The notes: a model not told the origin generated them from the letters alone. A stretch of 64,000 nt of DNA from Deltaproteobacteria bacterium (GCA_034670305.1 JAXMNT010000022.1:32001-96000); one strand, 5' to 3'; shown: positions 1 through 9,332, numbered from the stretch's first letter. Made by a program: numbers and translations.

Positions 1-1626
1 GATCTCCTCGGCGCGCTCGAAGAAGCCCACCGCCTTGGTTTCGTGCACCGAGACGTCCGCCCGGAGAACGTCTTCATCGAGCGGAGCAACAATCGACGAT
101 CGCCACTGTTGCTCGGGTTCACGCGGGCTCGGGCGACGGGCAGTCAGCGCACCAGCACCGGTCAGAGCGACGGCGGCATCCACGGCTTCGTCGCGCCCGA
201 AGAGATCACCTCCGACCGAGTGGACCTGCGGACCGACGTGCACGGGGTGGCGGCCGTCCTCTACTACGCGCTGGAAGGTCGTGAGCCACGGCCGCTGGCG
301 TTGTCGCCGAACGAGCCCCCGAAACCACCGGAACAATGTTCGCCCCGCCTGGCCGCGGTGCTCATGCACGCGCTCGACCCCGATCCCAGCCGGCGGTTTC
401 AGTCCGCCGCCGCATTCGCGGACGAGCTCCGCGGCAAACCCTCTCGGATCCCAGGCGGGGTCGAACTCGGCGACACCATCGGCCGTCTCGAGACCCGCGC
501 GATCCTCGGCCACGGCGGCATGGGCGTCGTCTACCTGGCGTGGGACCGCCTGCTCAAACGGCACGTCGCGCTGAAGTTGCTCTCGGGCGTCGCGGACCCG
601 GACGAGCTGCTCGCCGAAGCCCGCGCGATGGCCAAGGTGCAGCACCCCAACATCGTCTCGGTCTACGAGGCCGGCATGCAGGGGCACCGCGCGTATCTGG
701 TGATGGAGCACATCGCCGGCGGCTCCCTCGCGAAGCTCCTCGCCGAAGGCCCCGTCTCCCTTCCGACCATGCTCTGGGTGCTCGAACAAGCGGCGCGTGG
801 CCTCGACGCGGTCCACCGCGCGGGCCTCACCCACGGCGACATCAAACCCGCCAACATCTTGCTCGGTCCGGCCGGCCGGGTGTGCCTCGCGGACTTCGGA
901 CTCGCCCGTGCCCGCGCGACCACAGGAGAGCTCGGATACACCCCCGCGTACGCGGCACCCGAGCTCTTCGGCAGTCACGGGATATCCACCGCCGCGAGCG
1001 ACATCTACCAGCTGGGTGTGGTCGTCTTCGAGATGATCACCGGCCGGCTCCCCTTCGACGCCAGCGGGGACGACGCGTGGCGACGGGCCCACCGCGATGC
1101 GCTGGTGCCGGTCCCGAGCGAGATCGTGCACACCCCGTTCGAACTCGATCTGCTGATCCAGCAGCTGCTCGCCAAGTCGCCGAAGGACCGTCCGGGCACC
1201 CAAGAGATCGCGCGGCGTGCGGCGAAGCTGGCGGATACGGGCAACCGGCCGGTGTCGGTGTTGATCGTCGATTCGCCCTCCTCCGCGAGTGCGCTCTCGT
1301 TCACGGTGCAGCACTGGAAGTCCGACGCGGTCGTGCGAACCGCGTCAACCGCCGCCGAGGCACTGGCGCTCATCGCAGAAGGCAGCTTTGATCTCGTGTT
1401 CTTCGAGCTCGAGCTCGAGGGGAACGAGAACGGCGTGGAGTTCGTCGCCCGTTCGCGCGCCGAGTTGGAGACCGTGCCTCCCCTGGTCGCGATCTCCGCC
1501 ACCGGTGCCGCGGCGGACTGGCAAGTGCTCTCTGCCCTCGGCGTCCGCGCCTTTCTCCCGAAGCCGATCAACTCGGATTCTCTCGACATCCACCTCGCCC
1601 GCCTCCTCCCTGACGGTGGCCCCTAA
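1..1626 (+). CDS. Tandem Ser/Thr kinase (degenerate kinase + intact kinase) with C-terminal receiver-like domain; 5' truncated
   Basis: Frame open from base 1 (DLLGALEEAHRLGFVHRDVRPEN). Second domain has GHGGMG, VALK, HGDIKPAN, DFG and APE. The C-terminus VLIVD..FDLVFFE..FLPKP is receiver-like. Confidence 0.9.
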   Translation, partial: DLLGALEEAHRLGFVHRDVRPENVFIERSNNRRSPLLLGFTRARATGSQRTSTGQSDGGIHGFVAPEEITSDRVDLRTDVHGVAAVLYYALEGREPRPLALSPNEPPKPPEQCSPRLAAVLMHALDPDPSRRFQSAAAFADELRGKPSRIPGGVELGDTIGRLETRAILGHGGMGVVYLAWDRLLKRHVALKLLSGVADPDELLAEARAMAKVQHPNIVSVYEAGMQGHRAYLVMEHIAGGSLAKLLAEGPVSLPTMLWVLEQAARGLDAVHRAGLTHGDIKPANILLGPAGRVCLADFGLARARATTGELGYTPAYAAPELFGSHGISTAASDIYQLGVVVFEMITGRLPFDASGDDAWRRAHRDALVPVPSEIVHTPFELDLLIQQLLAKSPKDRPGTQEIARRAAKLADTGNRPVSVLIVDSPSSASALSFTVQHWKSDAVVRTASTAAEALALIAEGSFDLVFFELELEGNENGVEFVARSRAELETVPPLVAISATGAAADWQVLSALGVRAFLPKPINSDSLDIHLARLLPDGGP

Positions 1627-1630
1627 GAGA

Positions 1631-1662
1631 AAGGACCGAAGCGCCGATGCGCTCCGGTCCTT
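1631..1662. terminator. Hairpin between convergent genes (putative bidirectional terminator)
   Basis: aaggaccgaagcgc-cgat-gcgctccggtcctt inverted repeat. Confidence 0.6.
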
Positions 1663-1680
1663 GCCTCACGTCATGCTCGC

Positions 1681-4600
1681 TCAGCGGGTGCGGCGTCGGC
1701 GCAGCATCAGCACCAGCGCGCCGCACAGGAGCGCTGCGGAGCCGCCGCCTTCGCCGCCCGCAGCGCAGAACGCCCCGCCGGTGTAGCCGCCCATACCGCT
1801 CGGGGGTGTGCCGCCCGAGGGGTCGAGGTAGTTGGGGATTCCGTCGCCGTCGTCGTCGCCGGTGCCCTCGGTTTCGTCGGAGGCTCCGTCGCCATCTGAA
1901 TCGGTGTCGAGCCAGTTGTCGATCCCATCCATGTCGACGTCGTTGCCGTGCGTGGCGCCATCGGCGATTTCGGTGGCGGTCGGGATGCCGTCGCCGTCGT
2001 CGTCGCTGTCCAAGAAGTCGCTCGTGCCGTCGCGGTCGGTGTCGATCGGTGACGCGAAGCCGCCCGGTCCGAGCTCGTCCATCGTCAAGATTCCATCGCC
2101 GTCGTCGTCGTTGTCGAGGTGGTTCGGCGTTCCGTCGCCGTCGGTGTCCTGGTCGCCGGCCGGTCGTTCGTTGATCGTCGGCACGCCGTCCCCGTCGTCG
2201 TCCGGATCGAGGAAGTCGGGCGTTCCGTCGCCGTCGGTGTCGGGGCAGCTGGCCGGCATCGAGGGGTCGTCGCACTCGACGAGGTCCGGGATGCCATCGA
2301 GATCCTGGTCGCGCGGGGCGGAGTCCGGGTCGAGGTAATCCGGGATGCCGTCGCCATCCATGTCGAGCGTGCCCGTCTCCATCAAGTCCGACGCGCCGTC
2401 TCCATCCGAGTCCTCGTCGAGGTACGCCGGGATGCCGTCGTCGTCCGGGTTGCCGTGCACGAGCACGTCCGCGATCTCCTGAGCGGTCGTGATGTCGTCG
2501 CCGTCGTCGTCGTCGTCCTGGAAGTCCGGCAGCGCATCGCCGTCGAGGTTCGGGGTGGGGGCCGGCACGCCGATCACACCACCGCACACCGCGTCGACGC
2601 AGTCCTCGTCGAACGCATCGTCGAGTCCGTCCATGTCGGTGTCGGTGCCGGACGCGATCACGTCCGCCACTCCGTCGTGGTCGGCGTCGTGGCCTTCCAC
2701 GGCGTCGTCCACTCCGTCGCCGTCCGCGTCGGTGTCGAGGTAGTCGGGGCCACCGACTCCGTCGGTGTTGGCGCAATCGCCTTCGCCGCACTCGACGTCG
2801 TCGGTGATGCCATCGCCGTCCGCGTCGATGTCGAGGTGGTCGGGCAGCCCGTCTTCGTCGGTGTCGACCGCGGGGGGCGTGGCGTCTTCGTAGGCGTCGT
2901 CGACGCCGTCCATGTCCGCGTCTTCGCCGGTGGGCGTCGTGTCGGCCATGCCGTCGCCGTCCGCATCCCAGGCTTCGGTGGCGGTCGGGATTCCGTCGCC
3001 GTCGTCGTCCGCGTCCCGGTAGTTCGGGGCCCCGTCGCCGTCGATGTCGGTCGTCGGCTCATCGACGGTCAGCAGCCCGTCGCCGTCGTCGTCCGCATCG
3101 CGGTAGTCGGGTCGACCGTCCTCGTCGGTGTCTTCGCACATCGTCGCCACGCGGCATTCGTCGATGGTCGGCACGCCGTCGTCGTCGTCGTCCGGATCCA
3201 TGTAGTCGTCCATGCCGTCGCCGTCCGAGTCCGGGCAGCCGTCGCTCGGCAGGCCCATGCACTCGATCGTGTCCGGCACGCCGTCGCCGTCGGTGTCCAC
3301 CGGGGACGAGTCCGGGTCGAGGTAGTCGGGCACGCCATCGCCGTCGAGGTCGACGGTCCCTTCGGTGCGGTCGAGCACGCCGTCACCGTCGGAGTCGTCG
3401 TCGAGCCATGCATCGTCCGCGTCGCCGTCGGGGGTGCCGTGAATGGCCTGGTCCGCGATCTCTTGGTCGGTGTCGATGCCGTCGCCGTCGTCGTCCGGGT
3501 CCCGGAAGTCTTCCAGCGTGTCCGCCGGCGCGTCGGTGTTGCGGCACGGCAGGCTCGGGCACTCGGTCATGTCCGACAGGCCGTCCCCGTCCGAGTCGTC
3601 GTCCAGGTAGTCCGCCACGCCGTCGCCGTCCGACGACTCGCAGGTCGCCGTCTCGCCCGTCGTACACTCGACGCCGGTCGGGATGCCGTCGTTGTCGTCG
3701 TCCGGATCGAGGTACGGAGGCAGCGCGTCGCCGTCGCTGTTGGGCGCGGTGCGCTCTTCGTCGGTTGGCAGGCCGTCGCCGTCGTCGTCTGGGTCCTGCC
3801 AGTTGCGCGGTGCGGTGCCATCGCTGTTCGGCAGCGGAGCGACGACGCCCACAGTGCCCATGCAGAGCGCCGCGGTGCAGTCCGGGTCGAAGGCATCGTC
3901 CAGGCCGTCGCCGTCCGTGTCCCGTCCGACGGGCATGCGGTCGGGCATGCCGTCCTCGTCCCGGTCGTGGCCCTCGATGAGGTCGAGCACGCCATCGCCG
4001 TCTGCGTCGTCGTCGAGGTGGTCCGGGGTTCCGTCGCTGTTCGTGTCGACGAAACGCACGACCCGGTCGTTCAGTCCGTCGCCGTCGGCGTCGACCTTGG
4101 TGTCCACCCGTCCGTCGCCGTTCCGGTCGGTGATCGTGCCGAGTTCACGGCCATCGGTGATCCCGTCGCCGTCGCTGTCGACGTCGCGGTAGTCCTCTTG
4201 GCCGTCCATGTCCGTGTCGGGCGGCATGGCCGAACTGGCGAACATGCTGGCGTCCATCGGGGCGGTGTCGAACGCGTCGATCATGCCATCGAGATCGGTG
4301 TCCGTGAGATCGTCCGGCACGCCGTCGCCGTCGGCGTCGAGCATCATGTTGCCGGACTCCCAGAGGTCTGGGATGCCGTCGTCGTCGTGGTCGCGGTCCA
4401 GGTGGTTGGGCACGCCGTCGCCGTCGAAGTCGTAGCGGTCGTCGGTTCCGTTGCCATCCGCGTCCACGTACCCGGGCTCGTCCGAGTCGCCCCAGTCCGG
4501 GACGCCGTCGCCGTCCCGGTCGCCGCTGACATCGACCCCACCGAGTTCGTCGACGTCGGAGATGCCGTCGTTGTCGTCGTCGGGATCGAGGGCATCGATG

Positions 4601-5721
4601 AGTCCGTCGCCGTCCGAGTCGAGAGCGGTGCACTCGAGCGCCTGCTCGAGCGCGCTCGGATCGAGGGTGTAGACCACCCCGAATCGAACCCGCTCACCCG
4701 CTCGGAGGGCGTAGCGCACCGAGATCGAGATCGCCTCGTCCTGGGTGTCGGTGCCGGATTCGTTGAGATCGCCCCCGGGTGTGCAGCCGGTGCAGACGCC
4801 GCCTTCGAAGACGGCCCGCGGGTTGCGCACGAGGAAGCTGCCGTGGGTGACCCGCGCGTTCGCGTTGCGCGCGCCGAGCGCGATGTAGCTGTCCGTGCTG
4901 ACACCCGGGACCGCGTCCTGGGTCGCGGACACGAGCGCGTCTTCGCTGCCCATCACACCCGGCTGCCCGTCGATGGTGTTCGTCGTGTCGTAGTCGCCGG
5001 TCAGGCTCACGTTGTTGTCCGGGTCGACCGTGCGGAGGTAGTAGACCTCCGGCATGTCGGTGTCGGTGGTGTTGTGCAGCGTCACCTCGACGACGATGAA
5101 GAGCCCCTCGTGGAGCACTTTGAAAGTCTGGGTGATGTCCAGCCCATCGATGGTCCCCGCCCAGGTCCCCTGGGCGCCGCCGCGCCGGCCGCACACGTCG
5201 CGCGGGAGGCACTCGAGGGTGGCCGGATCGAACGCACCGGGCACATCGGCGCCGCCGCCAGCGCTGCTGTTGATGTGGATGTCGTCGCCGATCTGCACGC
5301 CCCAAGATTCCTCTGGGGTGCCCGGGAAGAAGAAGTCGCCGTCGGGTGTCAGCCAACCGCCCGCGCCGCCGGGCATGCCGTCCGGGTCCGCCACGAACCC
5401 GAGGTTGCGTGCGGCGCTGTCGTTGCGTGGATGCCAGGGCCCGAGCAGGTCCGCCGCGGGCACCGCACTGGCGGAGCCGAACGAGCCGCGTGCACGCGCC
5501 CCCATCTCGACGAAACGGGTGCGGAGGAACGCGTCTCCGCCGGCCGAGACCACCTCGCAGTAGTCGTCGCAGCCCGTCACATCGACGGAGGTCGCGGGCG
5601 GGGTGCCTGGACACTCGTCTCGGGGGTCGAGCACCCCGTCGGCGTCGGCGTCCTGGGCCAGGGTGGGGAGGGCGACGGCGGAGGCGACCACCACCGTGAA
5701 GAAGCGAAGGAGTGAGTGCAC
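1681..5721 (-). CDS. Large secreted Ca-binding thrombospondin type-3-like (DxDGDG) repeat surface protein with MYXO-CTERM-like tail
   Basis: Signal peptide; about 330-aa non-repetitive N-domain; dozens of DxDxDGxPDxxDxDxDxDG repeats; C-terminal GGAFC, hydrophobic helix and RRRR. Confidence 0.85.
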   Translation of the reverse strand: MHSLLRFFTVVVASAVALPTLAQDADADGVLDPRDECPGTPPATSVDVTGCDDYCEVVSAGGDAFLRTRFVEMGARARGSFGSASAVPAADLLGPWHPRNDSAARNLGFVADPDGMPGGAGGWLTPDGDFFFPGTPEESWGVQIGDDIHINSSAGGGADVPGAFDPATLECLPRDVCGRRGGAQGTWAGTIDGLDITQTFKVLHEGLFIVVEVTLHNTTDTDMPEVYYLRTVDPDNNVSLTGDYDTTNTIDGQPGVMGSEDALVSATQDAVPGVSTDSYIALGARNANARVTHGSFLVRNPRAVFEGGVCTGCTPGGDLNESGTDTQDEAISISVRYALRAGERVRFGVVYTLDPSALEQALECTALDSDGDGLIDALDPDDDNDGISDVDELGGVDVSGDRDGDGVPDWGDSDEPGYVDADGNGTDDRYDFDGDGVPNHLDRDHDDDGIPDLWESGNMMLDADGDGVPDDLTDTDLDGMIDAFDTAPMDASMFASSAMPPDTDMDGQEDYRDVDSDGDGITDGRELGTITDRNGDGRVDTKVDADGDGLNDRVVRFVDTNSDGTPDHLDDDADGDGVLDLIEGHDRDEDGMPDRMPVGRDTDGDGLDDAFDPDCTAALCMGTVGVVAPLPNSDGTAPRNWQDPDDDGDGLPTDEERTAPNSDGDALPPYLDPDDDNDGIPTGVECTTGETATCESSDGDGVADYLDDDSDGDGLSDMTECPSLPCRNTDAPADTLEDFRDPDDDGDGIDTDQEIADQAIHGTPDGDADDAWLDDDSDGDGVLDRTEGTVDLDGDGVPDYLDPDSSPVDTDGDGVPDTIECMGLPSDGCPDSDGDGMDDYMDPDDDDDGVPTIDECRVATMCEDTDEDGRPDYRDADDDGDGLLTVDEPTTDIDGDGAPNYRDADDDGDGIPTATEAWDADGDGMADTTPTGEDADMDGVDDAYEDATPPAVDTDEDGLPDHLDIDADGDGITDDVECGEGDCANTDGVGGPDYLDTDADGDGVDDAVEGHDADHDGVADVIASGTDTDMDGLDDAFDEDCVDAVCGGVIGVPAPTPNLDGDALPDFQDDDDDGDDITTAQEIADVLVHGNPDDDGIPAYLDEDSDGDGASDLMETGTLDMDGDGIPDYLDPDSAPRDQDLDGIPDLVECDDPSMPASCPDTDGDGTPDFLDPDDDGDGVPTINERPAGDQDTDGDGTPNHLDNDDDGDGILTMDELGPGGFASPIDTDRDGTSDFLDSDDDGDGIPTATEIADGATHGNDVDMDGIDNWLDTDSDGDGASDETEGTGDDDGDGIPNYLDPSGGTPPSGMGGYTGGAFCAAGGEGGGSAALLCGALVLMLRRRRTR

Positions 5722-5884
5722 GCCTTAGGGTAAAGCAAACCGTGAGCCACCCCCAAACACGTGTTTGTAGCTCGTAGGGTGTGGACTGGTCCCCACAAAC
5801 GCAGACTTTTTCCTACGACTTGGGTCGGTAGGAGGCCCCCCACCTGGGGGAGACCAGAACCCACCAAGGCCGCACATGCTTGCC

Positions 5885-5913
5885 TTGACCCCGACCCCGA
5901 CCGCTTCTAGGGT
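5885..5913 (+). promoter_or_regulatory. Putative sigma-70 promoter
   Basis: TTGACC-N17-TAGGGT upstream of the ORF at 5991. Confidence 0.45.
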
Positions 5914-5990
5914 GCGGCGCCCGAAAACATACGTTTTGTCCAGCACTTGCTGCGGAACGCCAAGGCCGGGCGAAGGGGTGATGGGAACCG

Positions 5991-6902
5991 ATGGCGCGAG
6001 CGAAGGCGAAAGCGAAACCGAAGGCGAAAACGACGCGGGCGAAGCCCACGGCAGTCGTCGAAGAGCTCTATTTCCGAAGCGACAGCGCGTACCTCTGCCT
6101 CATCCTGAACCGGCGCACGGACTTCGTGCGGGTGATCGACTTCCGGGCCGGCGCGCTGCCGGCGAAGCGGCTCTACATCCAATCGGTGGCGAAGCAGGAG
6201 GGGGTGGCGAAAGTCATCACCCTGGTCGAGAAGGACGAAGTCTCGTCGTGGACCAAAGTCGGCTTCGTGCGCGAGGGCACCATCCCGGGCTTTTACAAGC
6301 GAAGCGATGGTCACCTGTGCGGATGCGTCATCGGTGACCGCACCGCGTCGGTCGAAGTGACCGACAAGGGTGTGAAGCTCGCCGAGCGGACCATCAACAA
6401 GGCCAAGAAGGTCGCCAAGGACATCCCGGACAAGCTCCGCGGCGTCACCGTGCACGAGATCGAAGCCGAGGACGCGTTCAAGGCGCGCGACGCGGTCTGG
6501 AAGAAGGGACTCGGCATCGGGTCCTTCGACACCTTCGGCCGCGACGCGGCGCGTGGCTACTACGACTGCACGTACAAGAAGGCCAAGCCCAACTACATCT
6601 CGACCGAGTACCAAGACTGCTTCGGGCACTCGCTGATCGAGGTCCTGCGGGCCCCGACCGACGACGCCGAGACGCGTGCGCTCGTCGGCGGCCTTCGCAC
6701 CATCGGAGACTCGCTCACCGAGCGCGGCATCGTGTCCGCGTTCTCGTTTGCAGCGATCGACAACGTCGCGCTGGCCAACGCCTACGTGGCCGCCGGGTAC
6801 CGCAAGACGGGACTGCTCGCGATGGGCGTCAAGGTCGGCGACGAACGGCGAGACGCGATCCTCTGGACCCGCAAGCTCGCCAACCCAGCCGAAGATCCCT
6901 GA
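5991..6902 (+). CDS. Tandem-GNAT-like protein, resembling beta-lysine N-acetyltransferase (AblB/YodP)
   Basis: GVAKVITLV..GFVREGTIPGFY and FSFAAIDNVALANAYVAAGYRKTG resemble the two GNAT halves of AblB; strong codon bias. Confidence 0.6.
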   Translation: MARAKAKAKPKAKTTRAKPTAVVEELYFRSDSAYLCLILNRRTDFVRVIDFRAGALPAKRLYIQSVAKQEGVAKVITLVEKDEVSSWTKVGFVREGTIPGFYKRSDGHLCGCVIGDRTASVEVTDKGVKLAERTINKAKKVAKDIPDKLRGVTVHEIEAEDAFKARDAVWKKGLGIGSFDTFGRDAARGYYDCTYKKAKPNYISTEYQDCFGHSLIEVLRAPTDDAETRALVGGLRTIGDSLTERGIVSAFSFAAIDNVALANAYVAAGYRKTGLLAMGVKVGDERRDAILWTRKLANPAEDP

Positions 6903-6969
6903 CTCCGGTTCGTCGTCTCGGAACAACGAGGCGGTTTCTGGAAGCGGCGCAGTCTGATAGACGGTCGGG

Positions 6970-7395
6970 GTGAAGGTGCTTCGCTCGATCCTCATCGTCG
7001 ACGACAATCCAGCGGATTCGTTCTTCGTCGAGCTGACCTGGGAGCCGACCCGTCGAGTCCAGTTGGTCAACACGATCCACTCTTCGGAGCGCGCCCTGGC
7101 GGCGCTTCGAGATCCAGAGATCGGCAAGAAGCTGTTCAACGGCCGGCCGCTTCCGGACCTCGTCCTGCTCGACCTCAACATGCCTCGGGTGGATGGGTTC
7201 CAGTTCCTGGAGGCGCTGCCGAACTTCGGCGCGCCCATCGTCGTGCTGACCGGCTCGATGGATCCCCTCGAACGCGAGCGCGCCCTGAAGCTCGGCGCGG
7301 CGGACGTGCTCCGCAAACCGGTGCTGCCGCAGGACGCGCACGACCTCGCCGATAAGTTCGGGCACGCGCCCGATCCTTTGCAGTCCGGCCGATGA
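6970..7395 (+). CDS. Single-domain response regulator (CheY/Rcp1-like)
   Basis: ILIVDD, DLVLLDLNMP, LTGS, KP motifs. Confidence 0.9.
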   Translation: MKVLRSILIVDDNPADSFFVELTWEPTRRVQLVNTIHSSERALAALRDPEIGKKLFNGRPLPDLVLLDLNMPRVDGFQFLEALPNFGAPIVVLTGSMDPLERERALKLGAADVLRKPVLPQDAHDLADKFGHAPDPLQSGR

Positions 7396-7616
7396 AATAC
7401 GCGCGCTTGGCCGTGCGTACCGATCCACATGCCGTCCCTCTCGTGGTCTGCCGCGACACCCCCCGCGGGCCTCTCTCCGCGCATCCCGACCCCTGCCCCG
7501 ACCACTTTGCGGACCTCCGCGCTTTACAGCGCCCTCGGGGCCCCGATAGGCTGCCGCGGCTGCGTTGGCCTTTGCGACTTCACTCGAAAGGCAGCGTGGT
7601 TCGAATGAGGAGTTCG

Positions 7617-8030
7617 ATGCGTACCCGAGAAGACATCGAGTCGTACTTGATGAGGTCCAGCCTCTCGTACAAGAACGTCCATGTAGAGGACGGCACCGAC
7701 GACGGCATGTGGCTCGTCAAGGACGTGCACACCGAGCAAGCCTTGGTCGTCAGCGTCAGCGGACCGCTTCTCCTGTTCCGGATGAAGGTCATGACGCTCG
7801 ACGACGTGAAGGACAAAGCGGGTTTGTTCACCCAGCTGCTCCAGTACAACGCCAGCGACATGGTCCACGGCTCCTACGGCTTGTCCGACGGCGCGGTGGT
7901 GCTCACCGCGGGGCTGCTTCTCGAGAACCTCGACTACAACGAGTTCCAGGGCACGGTCGACGACATGACCCTGGCGCTCAACAACCACTACCAGAATTTG
8001 AGCGGCTACCGCGGCGACCACGCCGCGTGA
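7617..8030 (+). CDS. CesT/YbjN-like chaperone-fold protein
   Basis: ATG at 7617 with a GAGGAG RBS; LLQYNASDMVHGSYGL..LENLDYNEF pattern; directly upstream of pspA. Confidence 0.7.
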   Translation: MRTREDIESYLMRSSLSYKNVHVEDGTDDGMWLVKDVHTEQALVVSVSGPLLLFRMKVMTLDDVKDKAGLFTQLLQYNASDMVHGSYGLSDGAVVLTAGLLLENLDYNEFQGTVDDMTLALNNHYQNLSGYRGDHAA

Positions 8031-8064
8031 CCCCCCTCACTGCAGAAAGCGGAGACTGAGTTCG

Positions 8065-8865
8065 ATGGGTTTCTTCGGCCGCCTCGCGCAGCTCATCAAG
8101 AGCAACCTCAACGATCTGATCAGCAAGTCGGAAGACCCGGCGAAGATGTTGAACCAGGTCATCCTCGACATGAACAAACAGCTCGTCGAGGCGAAGAAGC
8201 AAGTTGCTGTCGCCATCGCCGACGAGAAACGGCTTCGCAAGCAGCTGGAGAACGAAGGCGCCGTCGCTGAAGAGTGGGAGAAGAAGGCCATGATGGCCAT
8301 CCGCGCCGGCGACGACGAGCTGGCGAAGGAAGCCCTGCAGCGGAAGAAGGAGCACTCGTCGCTCGCCGCTCAGTACAAGGACCAGTGGGAGAAGCAGAAG
8401 ACCGCCACCGATCAGCTGAAGACGGCGCTCCGGGCGCTGAACCACAAGATCGAAGAAGCCAAGCGCAAGAAGAACGTGCTCATCGCACGCGAGCGCCGGG
8501 CCAAGGCGATGAAGAGCATCCAGGAGACGATGAGCGGGCTCTCCGACACGAGCGCGTTCGAGACCTTCGACCGGATGAGCGAGAAGATCGATCAGATGGA
8601 GTCCGAGGCCGAAGCCGCCTCGGAGCTCAGCGAGGAGTACTCGGGCGACGTGCTCAAGCACAAGTTCGCCACGCTCGAAGCCACCGCCGGTGCCGATGAA
8701 GATCTCGTCGAGCTGAAGAAGCGCATGGGCCTCATCGAAGAAGAAGCGCCCGCTGCGCCCGCGGTGGAAGCCCGCATCGATGCGGAAGAAGAGATCTCCG
8801 AGGAAGAGATGGCCGAGCTCGAAGAAGCCCTCGAAGCGCTCAAGCAGCGCGAAATGGGCGGCTGA
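8065..8865 (+). CDS. pspA: PspA/IM30 (Vipp1) family protein
   Basis: MGFFGRLAQLIKSNLNDLISKSEDPAKMLNQ N-terminus, coiled coils, AFETFDRMSEKI. Confidence 0.95.
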   Translation: MGFFGRLAQLIKSNLNDLISKSEDPAKMLNQVILDMNKQLVEAKKQVAVAIADEKRLRKQLENEGAVAEEWEKKAMMAIRAGDDELAKEALQRKKEHSSLAAQYKDQWEKQKTATDQLKTALRALNHKIEEAKRKKNVLIARERRAKAMKSIQETMSGLSDTSAFETFDRMSEKIDQMESEAEAASELSEEYSGDVLKHKFATLEATAGADEDLVELKKRMGLIEEEAPAAPAVEARIDAEEEISEEEMAELEEALEALKQREMGG

Positions 8866-8889
8866 GCCACCCGTTCCGGAAGAACCAAG

Positions 8890-8924
8890 ACGCATCGCCC
8901 GTACACTGGGCGATGCGTTTTCTT
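8890..8924 (+). terminator. Rho-independent terminator after pspA
   Basis: acgcatcgccc-gtacact-gggcgatgcgt followed by tttctt. Confidence 0.75.
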
Positions 8925-9332
8925 GTTCTGGCGGCCCTTGCGTGGACAGTCCTCCGGGCTCCACCCGCCCACAGTCAGCCGCCCGATTCCGCACCGTCCC
9001 AGGCCACTGTGCAGGGGGTCGTCGCCTCCGTGGTCGCCGCGGTTCTGGAAGTTCGGCTCACGGCCGAACTCGCAGGCGTGCGCGTCGAGTTCGGCTCGGC
9101 CCATCCGACCGTCGTCGCACTCCAGGCGCGACTCGATGCGGTCCGAGGCGCCGCCGGCCGCATCACGCCAGCGCAGCGCTCCGCCTTCTGCGCTGGGGTG
9201 GCCGACCTCCGTATCCACGCCGTCGACGACGGGTTGCGGCTCGGCCAGATCTACGGACCGCGCCACCCCGCGATCCGCCGGGCGACCGCTTACTCGAACG
9301 CCCTGACCGGCTGGGGCTGCCCGAGTCGGTAG
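8913..9332 (+). CDS. Hypothetical secreted protein with two HP (GNVR-like) motifs
   Basis: Signal-peptide-like N-terminus; FGSAHPTV and YGPRHPAI; the start lies inside the pspA terminator. Confidence 0.55.
   Translation: MRFLVLAALAWTVLRAPPAHSQPPDSAPSQATVQGVVASVVAAVLEVRLTAELAGVRVEFGSAHPTVVALQARLDAVRGAAGRITPAQRSAFCAGVADLRIHAVDDGLRLGQIYGPRHPAIRRATAYSNALTGWGCPSR

Noticed and set aside
2119-5715. 1198-aa plus-strand ORF and similar long antisense ORFs (e.g. 40036-42957, 47409-51257, 21336-23906, 25303-27825, 60705-62855)
   Set aside because: Shadow frames of real genes on the opposite strand. They are typical of high-GC codon bias and show no recognisable motifs.
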